Assembly: GCA_051294375.1 (NCBI GenBank)
Contig: CM119265.1
Location: 17,387,172 to 17,451,171, forward strand
DNA from: Paraspadella gotoi
Lineage: Eukaryota; Animalia; Chaetognatha
Direction of reading: 5' to 3'
Length of the DNA stretch: 64,000 bases
Position numbers and translations under genes: made by a program. Positions within the stretch are counted from its first letter, which is position 1; each line of letters opens with the position of its first letter. Shown here in pieces: positions 22,855 to 36,522 of this stretch. The notes beneath the pieces are model-generated. The model was not told the origin of the DNA. It ran no database searches and was given only the letters and a program-made list of their open reading frames with translations.

Positions 22855-25800
22855 ATGCCGGGACCCAAGGTCCATCCAAAACTTCGTGGAAAGTTGGAAA
22901 ATTGGAAAGCGAGTGAAATGGAAGAAGATAATTCTGGAGGAAACAACGCGACAGCTACAGGTTTTATAAAGAATACGGAAAAAATTGAATGATGTATGAA
23001 ATCGTAATGATTTCTTTACGTTTACCAGTTGGTTTTTTATCCAAATCTGCGTTTTTTCATGAAGATGTTGAAACTGTACTTGCGCGTTCGAAAAATACTA
23101 AGGCGACGCCACCGACGGAAATCATTCATAGGTAGGGCGAGAAGTTTAACATCACCATTAAATAAATGGATTTATTAGTTTTAATTGCAATGGTAAGCGC
23201 TTTTAATTTAACTGTCATTTGTAATTTGGCCTGGTTTTTATTGTATTTTCTATTTATTTTATTGTCTTGATAAGGGAAACTCAAACTACATTACTTGATA
23301 TATTTTATATTATTATTAATTAGCGGTCATTTCATGGTGAGCGAGATCGAGGAAGAAAGTGGCGAATCTGAGGACAGTTCGCTTCAGGACAAAATGGTCA
23401 TCGCAGTGGAAGAGGAGTGTTCCGTCTCTGTCACTGATTCCGCCGATGGTAGGCAATACATACATTAGTTTTAAAGAAATATTGCGCAGACTAATACAAT
23501 TATAAGAGTAATTCCCTGTCAACGGTCCCGAAATTATAGGTGGTTTTTTCCGCGAAGAAGAGCAAAGCCTTGTCGTCGATAACAGGAAAATTCATCAAAG
23601 TGGAGGATCAAACATGAGCTCCTCTGCCGGGTCATATTCACATCGCAAATCTATCACGATCGATGGGTATGAAGCCCCTTCTTGTTTGAAAAAATATCTA
23701 TTTTTTTACATAACTATATTTCTAATTCCTTGCTCTTCTTTTAGTTCTCTTACAAAATTGTTCAAACACATGTCTTTGGCGTATAGTGGAAAAATTACTT
23801 CGCCTAAATGGAAACAATTCAGCGGACTCAAGATGATGCTGAAGGATAAAATTCGTCTTAACAATGTTATTTGGCGAGCTTGGCACATTCAGGTAATATA
23901 TTAAACGTTTCGGAAAATATTTGTTTGGAATTTGTTTAAATTTCAGCTCCAATTTCTATCTATTCAGTACATAAAAATTCAAAAGCCAATTGTGTCCATG
24001 TTTGCGACGCCTTTGGACTTGGAAGAAGATCATCAAAAGCCGCAGGCCGTTGTTCTGGAGGGAAAATACTGGAAGAGACGCCTGGGTGCCATCGTTGAAG
24101 AATATAAAAAATGGCGTCAATACTTTCGCTCAACGCGAAATTCTAACTTCCTTGATGTTGACGCGGTCATCGCCAGCGCAGAAGAATCCTCCAACCGAAG
24201 CAACGAACATAATCTCTTTGGTGATATATAGATATATACAATTATTTTTTATTTTTACATTTTACTTAGTTTACTGAGAATTTTTCTACAGACGATGAAA
24301 TGATGGAGCTTCTTGATCGCGTTGACTGGGAAGTACGAAAGACGCCCGTATGTCACTCGGCCATTGCAGGAACAGTGGCGTCGCCCAATGCGACGGTTGA
24401 CGGGGATTTTATGCAAATGATGGACTTTACCGGTTTGTTTATGACGTTATTTCAATTCTGAGAAACATTAATAATTATTCAATTGCTCTTTTTTAGACAC
24501 ATTGTTTCAAACTTTACAATACCCGTTCGCGTTCCCGGATCCCAGAGAAATTGCCCAGGCCGCAAGCAACGCCGGTACTGTGTACATGTCGCCCCTTGCA
24601 GCCTGTTTTCAAAAAACTTTAAAATAACAAAATAACCTTCTTTCCCATTCAGACGTGATTCAGCCGGGTTTGGTTCAACTTCAACCAACGCTAGACGACT
24701 TTATTCCCGACTTTTCCGACATGTTAACCCCGGCCGCTGCCGCTGTTCCAATGCCTCAGCCGCCCATGTCCCTTTTCCCGAAGTCCGAAACGTTTCTTAA
24801 CGAGATCCCGATCGAGTCCGCGGCGCCGATGATTTCCCAGTCTATTCCTATGCAGTCGATGGTCAGCCACGAAAACAGTGAATTCCTTCAATCTCAGGAG
24901 ATGACGTTTCCCTGCAACAACGTGATGATAGTGGACGCTGGGGACAAATCGTGCCAAAACTGGGAGACAGGATTGGTCGATCAACAGGGTTCTACGGCAC
25001 CCGTTCCAATAACGTTCGTCAACGCGCCGACCGTCGACAACAACAATTCTTTAACGGTGATTCCGAACGTCACCTTGGATGATGCTGGACGTGGATGCTT
25101 AATTCTACCGAAACCCGATGCGGTCGCAATAGCCCAGGATTCCGGTTCCGCTTCTGTCGGTCAAACTCCTGAGGAAACCGCGGTCACCTTCTTGGTTGAG
25201 GCTCCTTCCTCATGCAAGGAATCTCTCACTACTCAGACAGAACCTCCGTCTTCTTATTGCGGCTCCGAACTTCTGGTCAATCTATTGAAGACGGAATCTC
25301 CTGGGTTCGGTGCCACTCTGACAAAAGTTTCTGAAGCTATTGCAGAACCGAATAACTCGGTCTCCGTCGAATTTTCGATGCCGATTACTCCGAACCAGAC
25401 TGTTCCCGTCAACTCCGTGGTACCAATCCCGCCGGCACCGCCTTTTAACGGAAATTTAAGCAGCGGAATACCGAAACCCTTTCACCGACAATTTCCTTTA
25501 CAGGGATCGTTGGTCGGCACTGTGCCGAATTCTAGGAGCACCACTCCTTCCCCAACCCCGCTTAGCACCTTTACGTCCCACCTGTCGCCTCTAATTGTCG
25601 CCCCGTTGAACACGACTATGTTTCAGACGGTGCAGACGACTCCCCAAGCAAGACCTCTGTCGTCTAACGCCTCTACGCCGTCCCCAGGCCAATCTGACGT
25701 ACACCCCAAGCCAGTCCGCCATTCATCTTCGGATACGCCCACTTCGACGCCGACGATCGCTGATTTGAAGCGTGGTGACGATGGATCTTGGGGAGGACCC

Positions 25801-26496
25801 TCGGCTTCGAAGAGGAGCAAGGTTCAAGACTGCGCCTCGTCGAGTCATAGTTGCGAAGGGGACGCGAAGACTCAGCGGCGTCAAAAAGTTCACGTCAGCT
25901 CAGAGCAGAAGAGGCGCGGCAACATCAATAGTGGATTCGAGATGCTTCAGCGAATGATTCCTTCCATGAATCCCAACCTGAAAGTAAGCAAGGCCCAAAC
26001 GTTGCAAAAGACCACGGAATACCTCACTAAGTTGAAGACGGAACGCGAGCAGCGCAAAGCAGAGCTGCATAGCCTTAAAGCTGAGGCGGAAGCTCACAGC
26101 AGGTGCATTACTGAATGTCAAAACGCGCTGCCCGCCACCGGCGTCTCATTTTCCCACTTGGACGCCAATTCCAAAGAGGAGCAGGGAAAGTTTCTTTGGA
26201 AGTTGTATCACGACTACGTTAGGAGTCGGACCCTTGTAAATTGGAAATTCTGGATTCTCTCCAAGTTGCTCACGCCCCTTTTTGACGCTTATGTAGCGGC
26301 TGTGACGGGACTAAGTTCTGAACGGACGGAGGAGTTGGTGGAAGCTCTTCAGAGGTGGATGGAAAGGCACTGCAGTTTGACTGCGTTGAGGCCGATGATC
26401 ATGAATGCTTTACGAAAACTCAGCACAACTACGGGCATAATCAATCGTCCTGATAGACTACCGCAAGAGGCGGTGGCCGATGTTAAAACGGAATAA
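22855..26496 (+). CDS. MLXIP: Mondo/MLX-interacting bHLH-Zip transcription factor (multi-exon)
   Basis: Mondo conserved regions EIIHS|GHFMVS, SLTKLF..MSLAYSGKITSPKWK, RLNNVIWRAW, LEGKYWKRR, FPDPREIA and IQPGLVQLQP; bHLH HVSSEQKRRGNINSGF; C-terminal NWKFWI. Confidence 0.93.
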
Positions 26497-26780
26497 AAAC
26501 TGTCGCCTCGAGTTTAACTAGTCATTTAACTTTTACATTATTGCTCAAGCCTTGGGTAAAATCTTTGTTGATGAATGATGACACACACAAGCATTGTTTA
26601 TTAGGTATTGAAATTGTAAAGTTGATTTGGCTTAATAGTTGCTAATTCTGACAAACGTGTAATGCCTTTTTGAATTTTGTTATTAATAATTTTTTTATGA
26701 ATTGTTAACAGATATATTTTACTTTTTACAGAACTAATGAATTCCATCGATACAGTGGTTATTTAATAAATTCAGAAACG

Positions 26781-27539
26781 ATGGCGGAGTATTTGGCCTC
26801 GATCTTCGGGACCGAAAAGGACAAAGTCAACTGTCCTTTCTACTTCAAGATTGGCGCTTGTCGCCACGGAACCTCTTGCTCTCGTTTACACAACAAGCCG
26901 ACATTTTCCCAAACCATCGTTCTTCAAAATTGCTATCGCAACCCGCAAAACACGGCGACTTCGGCCGAAGCGGCTTCGCTTCTCTCGGATGTTGAGCTCC
27001 AGCAGCACTACGACGATTTTTTCGAAGATATCTTCCTGGAAATGGAGGACAAATACGGAGAGGTGGAGGAGATGAACGTCTGCGACAACCTTGGCGATCA
27101 CCTCGTTGGAAACGTCTACATCAAGTTCCGTGAGGAAGAGGATGCCACCAAAGCGGTGACGGACCTCAACAATCGCTGGTACAACGGTTCCCCGATCTAT
27201 GCGGAATTGTCGCCGGTGACCGACTTTCGCGAGGCTTGTTGCCGCCAGTACGAGATGGGCGAATGCACCAGAGGAGGATTTTGCAATTTCATGCACCTCA
27301 AGCCCATTTCGCCGAATTTGAAGCGGGAATTGTACGGAGCCAGACGCAGAAGGCGAAGATCCAGGTAATACTGAATAATTTTCTTCACTTTGGTCGTGAC
27401 CCTAGTTAACCATAGTTTCCCCCTTCTCTCTAGAAGTCGGTCTCGGTCGCGGGAGAATCATAAGAGGCGTTCCCGTTCCCGCGAACGAAGAAAGCGCTCG
27501 CGATCTCGTGACCGCGGGGAAAGAGGCGGAAGGTTCTAG
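26781..27539 (+). CDS. U2AF1: U2AF small subunit (intron 27365-27433)
   Basis: MAEYLASIFGTEKDKVNCPFYFKIGACRHG, UHM domain, second CCCH finger, and an RS tail completed by exon 2 (...RGERGGRF*). Confidence 0.98.
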
Positions 27540-27829
27540 CCACAATCTCTTCTTCTGACGATTCGCATACTAATTTCAGCAAAAGGATTTCCCGCCCCTT
27601 TTGCAAACACAGTTTAAAATTATTAGCATTCAAGTTGAAATGGAATGCTTATTTGAAGAATATTTTTTATTCTTAAGGTTTTCGAAATTTTAATTTTCAC
27701 AATGATACCCATGTATCCCTTAACCTAAAGAATTGTTTAGTGTTTTGTTTACTTTTTTCCAGTTTGTTGCATGTAAACGATACCCCTATTACACTTATTT
27801 CAGTTTAAAATTAAATTCGATTAATCCTT

Positions 27830-29716
27830 ATGGCGTCTCCAGGCCAAGCAACCGAGCGGCCATCCACACTAAGAACTTATATTGATCGATTCCGACGTGG
27901 GAGTCCTACGAGTCGAGCCGAGCGAGATACTACGATGCGAGAATTTTGGTGGCTCCAGCTTGACAAAGAAACCGAAAGTGCTATCACAATTGCAGAGAAA
28001 CCTCTTCACATGATCGCCGAGGGACATCACAGTAGCCCTCGGTCATCTGAGATGCTTGGGGAAGAAGCACGAATCACTTCTAAAAATTCGAACCCTATGG
28101 AGGAAACCTCCCTGCTTATTGTTGCCCCTTCCCCCGGAAGTGAAATAGTTCCCCCTGAAAGAACCACATTGCAGCAGCTTGATGATATTTTATCTCGAAA
28201 AAAAATGTATCAAACATCCCATGAAAAAAGTTCTTCGATCGGCCATATTCCTGCACCTAAAACCAGGATAGCGCCCTCCTCCGATTCGCCCGTGGGGGTC
28301 ATCTCAAGCCGAGGTTTGGGGAGTCAACCAGACGATGATGATTCTCTTGAAAATCGCGTCTCCGTCAGTCGAGATTCCCCGCCTGTGTTGCCGCAGTTCG
28401 CTAAATTGCTAAATCCCGTTGCAGAAGGTTACGGTGGCATGCAGAGAAAATTGACCTCGCTTCATCATCGAGAAAAGCGTCGGCTTGTTTCTCCAAAAAA
28501 CCCTGAAGACGATATTCTTTATCAGTGGCGTTTAAAGAGAAAATTACAGGACGCAAGGCAAGACGTGGGAAAGAGATCGGACATTTTGAAAAGAATGGAA
28601 AACCAGTTGTCTCATTTACCGCGAAAATCAACCATTACGTGCTCCGACCCTTCGAGAAACCGAATAAATGGCAGAAACGGCGATAGGGTCGAATCAAATT
28701 CTCCTCACATCAATCAATGCGAAACTTTAGTTTCGTCGAAATCGCAAGCTGACGCAGCCACTAGTCCTACCTTTCCTCCTTACAAATGTGATACTTTTTC
28801 CCCATTACTTACTTCCCCCAATCAACCGAATTTATTGCCGTTTCTGCCCAACCCTTGGTTCGGGGCGGCCTATGGCCCTTATTTTGAGCCGCTTCGTTAC
28901 GAATCTGCTTGCAATTGCTGTCGTCTCAATCGTCAACACCCCCGGTTAACACAAGACCAGGGGACTTGTTCAACTCGAAAAAGTATGGAGGTACTTAACT
29001 CGGAAAAACAACCGTCAAAATTGTCTGCTTCCATTAGAGGCAGCAAAGTGACGACCTGTTCTATCCCTGGCGACAGACCTTCAAAGACGTGCGCGGTAGC
29101 GCAATCTAAAGACGACAAAGATCAAAAATCTTTTTCCTGGAAACGTCGAGACGTTATTCGTCCTTCGACTTTGTCTCCGGTCTCAAAAGACGCGCCAAAA
29201 CATCGCCGCTGCCAAAAGTCATTTCCAACTGACGACACAGCGAGCGAACCTGTCGAGTTTCGAAAGGAGAGTTGCCGTCCACCCGTTCCGTTTGATGTGG
29301 AGGAAACTCAAGCCCAGTTAATTGTTGATTCAAGCAACTACAACGACGGGGACCTCACTGTCGTATCATCGTTGTCTTCCTCCCATGACGATTTGCCTTC
29401 GCTCGACGCGCTTTCGACCTGCGGGGATGAAATGGAAGCGGAGCGTCCGAATCGTGACTTAGACAATGACCGAGAGACGATTCCAAAAACTTTGGGTCCA
29501 GCGTCTGGTTTGGCCTCGCCTGCCCATCCGCGAGACGCTCAAAGAGCGTTGGATCAAGAATCCCGGATTCCCCGACGCATCGAGGAGTTCGAGTCTGACG
29601 AGTCCGAATTCGAGGACGATGAAATTCTCCTGGTCCTTCGTAAGCGGAGAAAGCGACTGATTGCGACGATGTGGGCTTTAGCAAAGGCGATGAAAGATTT
29701 GGATCTTATTACATGA
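27830..29716 (+). CDS. PROSER3: PROSER3 (C19orf55)-like protein, intronless CDS
   Basis: Three short conserved islands: YIDRFR..PTSR.ER...FWWL, EDDILYQWRLKRKLQDAR and FEDDEILLVLR. Confidence 0.75.
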   Translation: MASPGQATERPSTLRTYIDRFRRGSPTSRAERDTTMREFWWLQLDKETESAITIAEKPLHMIAEGHHSSPRSSEMLGEEARITSKNSNPMEETSLLIVAPSPGSEIVPPERTTLQQLDDILSRKKMYQTSHEKSSSIGHIPAPKTRIAPSSDSPVGVISSRGLGSQPDDDDSLENRVSVSRDSPPVLPQFAKLLNPVAEGYGGMQRKLTSLHHREKRRLVSPKNPEDDILYQWRLKRKLQDARQDVGKRSDILKRMENQLSHLPRKSTITCSDPSRNRINGRNGDRVESNSPHINQCETLVSSKSQADAATSPTFPPYKCDTFSPLLTSPNQPNLLPFLPNPWFGAAYGPYFEPLRYESACNCCRLNRQHPRLTQDQGTCSTRKSMEVLNSEKQPSKLSASIRGSKVTTCSIPGDRPSKTCAVAQSKDDKDQKSFSWKRRDVIRPSTLSPVSKDAPKHRRCQKSFPTDDTASEPVEFRKESCRPPVPFDVEETQAQLIVDSSNYNDGDLTVVSSLSSSHDDLPSLDALSTCGDEMEAERPNRDLDNDRETIPKTLGPASGLASPAHPRDAQRALDQESRIPRRIEEFESDESEFEDDEILLVLRKRRKRLIATMWALAKAMKDLDLIT

Positions 29717-29866
29717 CGGTCTTCGCTGTAATTCCAATGTATTTTTTTTTTATTCGTTTTGTGATTTTTGAATTATTTTGATTTCGTGTATTTAAATTTT
29801 TTCGTCATTTTTGAGGTTGATAAACTAACCGGAATTAGTTCCTTACGCCCTTAAAAGGAAATAATT

Positions 29867-31279
29867 ATGGTTATTCCTCCGTCATACGCTGGTAGGTTAG
29901 CAGACCCGATTTTAGAAAATGTTCCAGCAAGTAAGACTTTTTTTTCTCTTTAGATTTGGGCAAAGCGGCCCGGGATTTGTTCAGCAAAGGCTTCAACTAT
30001 GGAAGCGTCAAAGTTGAACTGAAGACGAAGACGAGTTCGGGCGTCGGCTTCACAACTGGTGGATCGTCTAAACTCGACTCTGGCAAGCTCAATGCCAGTT
30101 TGGAGACCAAATACGCAGTCAAGGTTAGTAGTATCCTATCGCAGGCTATTTTTTGTTGATAACCTAGGCTTTTTTTGGGTTCTTCCTCCAAAATAGGAGT
30201 ACGGCCTGAATCTCTCTGAAAAATGGACGACTGACAACATCCTCAGCTCGGAAATCTCGGTCGAAGACAAATTGGCGGAGGGACTGAAGCTTACTTTGGA
30301 ATCTGCTCTTGCCCCTCAAACGGGAAAAAAAGCAGGAAAAATTAAGGCGTCTTACGCCCGGTAGGTATTGCTCATTGACTATTCATTGGGATTCATCTTG
30401 TAAGTTGTCATTTTCAATGTTTTGAATGTTCTTGAATATTTTTATTTATTATTTATCGATTCGGCCTTATGAAATTTTTTTTTTGGAGAAAAATGTTTTT
30501 TAGAAAGACGTTTCATACAGAAAGTCAGAAATGCTAATGATTATAAAATACTATTTTAAATATTTGTTTCAGTGAATACCTGAACGTGAACGGCGACATG
30601 GACCTAAATTTCGCCGGTCCGCAAATTAACGCCGCGGCGGTTTTAGGATATTGTAATTGGGTGGCTGGAACACAGCTCGCTTTCGATTCATCCACCTCGA
30701 AACTAACGAAAACGAATTTTGCCCTTGGCCACCACGCCAAGGACTTTGAAGCCCATCTCTTCGTTAACGAGGGGGAGCATTTCACGGGCTCTGTCTTCCA
30801 AAAGGTACATGATTTACGTTAAATTATTAAAATTTGTATTAGCTTTGAATTTTTAATTTCATTCGTGAATTGTAGTGACACGTTTATATCGTTCTTTGAA
30901 CAGGTTTCTCCGGCTCTGAGCACCGGCGTACAAATGTCCTGGTCCAAAGGTTCCAACGCAACTTCCTTTGCTCTCGCTTCTAAGTATGCTGTTGACGCCG
31001 ATGCAACCATCGCTACCAAAATCAACAATGAAGCGCAATTGGGCCTCTCCTATTCTCAGGTTTGAGGCGTATTTTGGATTTTTGATTTTTATTCACAATT
31101 AAAAATAAAGTAAAATTTCTTTTACAAAGATTTTTGCTTGTTATTATTATGATCATCATTATTATTTTTCAAAGGCTCTCCGGAAGGGGATTAAGCTAAC
31201 CTTGTCGACACAACTTGACGGAAAGAATTTCAACTCTGGTCGACACCAGGTTGGCTTTGGACTCGATTTCGAATCGTGA
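29867..31279 (+). CDS. VDAC: Voltage-dependent anion channel / porin (6 exons)
   Basis: MVIPPSYA|[17 protein letters not shown]...EKWTTDN.L...KINN...LGLSYSQ|[18 protein letters not shown]...[11 protein letters not shown]. Confidence 0.97.
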
Positions 31280-32106
31280 ATCCCGCCACTTAATAGAGAT
31301 CTCGCTCATACCTATGGCTATGCCCTATTGCTTGGCATGGTGCAGTTACAGAGATTGGATTGGTTCCTGGGTTTTATTGGACGCAGCATGTGTTGTGTTT
31401 TTAGCTTCATTTCATTCGAAGGATTCACTGACGAAGTTTTTTTATTTCCTGGAATCTATTAGGGCTTTTTCGGCAAAAAATTAGGACTGATATTCGTTTA
31501 CATTTGTTTTTAGCTCTACCATCTTTTCCCTTAAAATCAAAAGATTTATGTGTCTATTTATTTCTTTATTTAGTAAATCATTTCAAGTTGAAATGATTTA
31601 CTAAATTTATTCATTCACTAAATTACTAAAACTAAATTCAAGTTACTGTGTACAAATTCGTGAGTTTTTTATTCGTCTCACATTTTATGATATTTTCTAT
31701 TTAAGTTGTTAACATCGTAACTATTAAACTTCATAAACTTTTTACCATAAGCATAGTTGTGTAATTCTAATAAAAATTATTTCGCTTTCCTGTATTATTA
31801 CTAATTAGGGCAAAATATACGTAAATAAATACCCACTAATTGGATAGTTTTTTCTTTTCAAGACTTAGCTTGAATTTATCATTTTAATTATTTATCGTCG
31901 CGTTGTAAGCCAGATTAATGCTAATGTGGGAGTCCGTACGTGAAAAAGCTTCACAAGCCGATCAGCCTGTCATAAAACTACGTTAATATTCACTCACATA
32001 CTTTAATCACCTCTCTCAGCCAAGTGTCCTTCAACTCTTTTTTGGCATAATCTCCCCTTCGATTTGAAAAAAAATTGTAAAAAACTCTCCCACGCACCTA
32101 ACTAAA

Positions 32107-33486
32107 ATGACGGAGAATCTGTCATGGTCTGAAGCCAGGGACGAACTTCGTAGATTTCGCGAGAACAACACCCGATTTTCGGAGCGCGTTATCGAACTTT
32201 GGGAAGACGTCATCTGCGACAGTCAGCATCGACTCGGGGATGAAATTTGGGTCGTTCTCGAACAGGTCTGCGTCGCTGCCATCGATTGCGCTCAAGAGGA
32301 AGTTTTTCGAGGTTGGTACTTTAAATATTTTTCCCACGTGTCCTACCAACCGTTCGACCCGATTTCGAGTAAAACAATTCCCCATTTCAGACTGCATCAA
32401 AGAGCTCGACGGACAGTTTCCGGAAAGTCATCGCGTAAAGCGTTTGAAAGGAATGCGAGAGGAGAGTCGCGAGAACTTCAAAGGAGCCGAAAGTATCTAC
32501 GATTCCATCCTAAATGAGGACCCGACTAATTCCCTCGTCAAAAAGCGAAAGATTGCCATGTTTAGAACTCAAAACAGATTAAATGAGGCCATCGCAGAAC
32601 TCAGTCAATACCTCAAGACATTTATGAACGATTTAGAAGCTTGGCAGGAATTGTGTGATTTGTACTTGAAGGTTCAAGAATATACGAAAGCCGGACACGC
32701 TATGGAGGAACTCATCATCTCCCATCCTCACCATCATCTGTACCAACAACGTTACGCCGAGATTCTTTACACCCTAGGAGGGACAGAAAATTTCGGTTAG
32801 CTACCAATTTATATAAGTTACTTTTCGGTCGGACTGTCTCTATCCGAAAATCATATTTGATTTTTTTCCTTCTTTTTTATGTAGTGACATAATTATACGG
32901 TCATATAACTAAAAAATATAAATTTTTTGAAAGCGCGTCCTAAAATGGTTTTTCTCCTAATTTTTTAGAACTCGCTCGATCTTACTTCGCGAACGCAGTT
33001 AAGCTAAGCAATCAAACGAATATGCGTGCTTTGTATGGACTCATGCTTACTGCGAACTCGTTAGCGTCAAATCCTAAGGCTAATCCGAAAGCTAAACAAG
33101 ACAACAGGCGATATGCTGCGTGGGCCAGGGACAAAATTAGGGCCAAGCACCAAGAGGTTTTAACTAAATTGCAATTTTATTAATTTTGTTTCCTTGAAAG
33201 TTATGTAGTGAATTAATAAACTATTTATGATTCATAATTAAGTTTCTATATATATATTTTTTTTATTGTAGCATAAGTCCTGAAACAAATTATCTATTTA
33301 TAAATTGTAAAGGAAACAAAAAAATATGTGTAATTATTACCTTGTTTTAAAAAACTTTCCATACAATTTCTCTAGGCGCTCCCTAATCACGCCTTAGGGT
33401 CCAAATGCGAAGAGGCGATGATGGAATGCCTGGAAACCATGTTAGAAGAAATGCAACTCGGCGGAAGCGCCCCTCAAATGTCATGA
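32107..33486 (+). CDS. EMC2: ER membrane complex subunit 2 (TTC35), 4 exons
   Basis: LGDEIWVVLEQV..AAID, QFPESHRVKRLKGM, YLKTFMND.EAWQELC.LY, EELIISHPHHHLY.QRYAEI.YT.GG and N.RALYGL. Confidence 0.95.
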
Positions 33487-33816
33487 AATCAAATCGCTCT
33501 TTGTGATGAAGACAATCTCATGCCTTCTCGATAAAGCGGGAGAATATAGTTGCCGAACTTAATTTTTCCGATCATTTAGTCATTTTTAGCGTTACTTTAG
33601 GTGTATGTGTATTTATATTTCCTTCGAGATCGAACCATTCCATCTAATTTAATACAGACTAAAAGAGAAAATTTTCCCGATTTAATAGAATTGCCATTGG
33701 AGATGATATTCATTAGCGGCGTCAAAGGTTGAGCCGATTAAAAAAAAATGAAATCATGAAAGAATTTGCATTTTTTAGAATTTTTTTATTAGAAAACTGA
33801 TTTTACAAATATCCAA

Positions 33817-36137
33817 ATGTCCGCTTCAATGCAAAAGACACTGAGCGCCATGTTGGCGGCGGGAGGTCAAAACCACAAAGAACTTATAGAGAAGTTGCGT
33901 AGCGTCTTGGATCAAATATTGCAGCTTACGGAAGAAGAGAGGATAAAATGTAACCGCGTAGGTTGTTTCTCGATTTACTTGGTTTTAACGAATTGTCGTT
34001 TCAAAAGGTTTGAAGGCCTTCGTGGAATCGATGGTAAACGAAAATGTGAGCTTGGTTGTTTCGAGGCAGTTGTTCACCGACTTCGGAGCGCGGCTTCAAA
34101 CTCTTGAAGACAACGTAGCTGGTGAGAAAAACTTTTTTCAAATACCCAAATAATTTGATGAAACAACGTTGATTTTGTGAATTTCAGAAACTGTGGCTCT
34201 TTTTACTTTGGAAAAGATTCAGCCCCGCGTGATTTCGTTCGAGGAGCAAGTCTCTTCTTTGAGACAACACCTTGCTCAAATGTACGAGCGGCAAGAGTTA
34301 TGGAAGAAGGTGTGTTCGTTGTCTCTTTCTCCTTATGCTTTCCATCTCTAACTCGTCTTATTCATCGAATGTAGGCCGCGGCTGTTTTGGTCGGTATTCC
34401 ATTGGAAACTGGCCAAAAGCAATATTCGATCGATTACAAGCTCGAGACTTACTTAAAGATCGCCCGCCTCTTTCTCGAGGATGATGATCCTGTTCAGGCG
34501 GAAGCATATATAAATCGCGCGTCGTTGTTGCAAGGTGATCTTAAATAGGGCTCATTGAAAATTTTTCAATTATTTTACTAACTTATTAACTCCTTCATTT
34601 GCAAAATGCTGCTGTATCAATCATTAATCATCATTCAATTTATTGTAATCAACTTGTAAAATTAACTTATTTGGTATGAGGAATAATTCGGTAATTATTA
34701 TTTCCTTTTTTGGCGCGCGCGCGGGTAGCGGAGTCAAAAAACGAGGAGCTTCAGATTCAGTACAAAGTCTGCTATGCTCGAGTACTCGACTACCGGCGAA
34801 AGTTTATCGAGGCGGCTCAGCGCTACAACGAGCTCTCCTACCGCACCATCATTCACGAGTCAGAGCGCAAAACTGCATTGCAGAACGCCCTTCACTGCAC
34901 TATACTAGCTTCCGCCGGACAGCAGCGTTCCAGGGTCCTTGCGCTATTATTTAAGGTTGTCTATAAGCTAATAGCTGTTTTTTTTTTTTTGTTTTTTTTT
35001 TGAGGCTACCTATACCAAGTTTTACTTAACATTTTCGTCTTTTAGTTTTTTCAGTGGTGGAATAGATAAAATCAAATTATAGTCAAACTTTGGTTTTTAT
35101 AACTACTAGTTATCCTAATCTCCATTTCATTATTTTTTTTCTCGAATTTTACGGCTTATTTTTTTATCCACCATAGTACTTTATTTTCATATTAGGTTTC
35201 TGAATTGGTTGTTCTCCATCGCTTTATGAGACTGTCATTTTGTAATAAAAGATGGGAATACGTTTTAGAGCTGTGATGAGAAACATACTACACAGTAAAA
35301 AAATCGTTGTCGCCTATGTAGTACGTACGTAAGAACGTATCCAACAAAACTTTTAAAATAATTATTATATAATAATTATTATTAGGATGAGAGATGCCAA
35401 CAGTTACCAGCTTATGGAATATTGGAAAAGATGTACATGGACCGGATAATTCGTCGACGGGAGTTAGAGGAATTCGCTGCTCTGCTGCTTCCTCACCAGA
35501 TGGCGAAGACTGCGGACGGCTCGACGATCCTCGATAGAGCAGTCACCGAGCACAACCTTCTGTCCGCTTCCAAACTCTACAATAACATTTCTTTTGAAGA
35601 ATTGGGAAGGTAAATTGTCTCAGAAAAGAAAAACATATAAAATTGTGAAAATTTTATTTTCATTTTATAGACTTTTGGAAATACCCCCGACCAAAGCGGA
35701 AAAAATCGCTTCGCAAATGATCACCGAGGAACGAATGGGGGGACATATCGACCAACTAGAAAGCGTAGTTCACTTTGAAACGAAAGAGTCCCTTCCCACC
35801 TGGGACCGGCAGATTGAGGGACTTTGTTTTCAGGTATGGTCGGCTTAATTTGAAGTCAGTATAGTTAGGTCGAGTCAAAGCCTAAAATAAATACGTTACA
35901 ATACCAAACCAATACATGATAACTAAACTAACTAGTAAGACGTGGGTAAGAAGGTAAAAACTAAACAAAATATTTATTAAAATTTAAAATCTTTAGTTTT
36001 TTTACTCGGAGTCTTTTGTTTCGTGCGCAGCGCTGAAGTGAAACATCTTTTTCCAGGTTAATTCCATTATAGAGAAAATAACCGCCAAAGAGCCGGAGTG
36101 GATACAAAAGACCATGGCCGAACAAATGTCGATATGA
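33817..36137 (+). CDS. COPS4: COP9 signalosome subunit 4 (8 exons)
   Basis: [75 protein letters not shown] and WDRQI. Confidence 0.97.
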
Positions 36138-36522
36138 CGAATCCCCTAAGTAAAATTAGATATTGAGACCAAAAAACTCCTTCCCCAATTAGTAGAATCG
36201 AAATGTGTTGCTGGATCTGTGATCTTTCCGCTTTTTCAACTACCACATTTTTTTTTCATATGTTGCATTTTCTGCTCTTCATTTCATTTAGTTTTCTGCT
36301 TCGTTTGTTGTCCATGATCGAAAATAAAAATCGCAAATTACGAAATCTGTCGCCCTCTAGAATTCTTAATAATTTGTTCGAACCACGAAATAATTTTGCC
36401 GATCTTAATTCTTTTTATCTCGTTCCTCGTTTTCATCGAAAAGAAATGAATCCGTCCTCCGAATAGAACGGAGGACATCGACCTCTTTAACGTAATCCCA
36501 CGCGTCACCCAAGCTTTTATAA

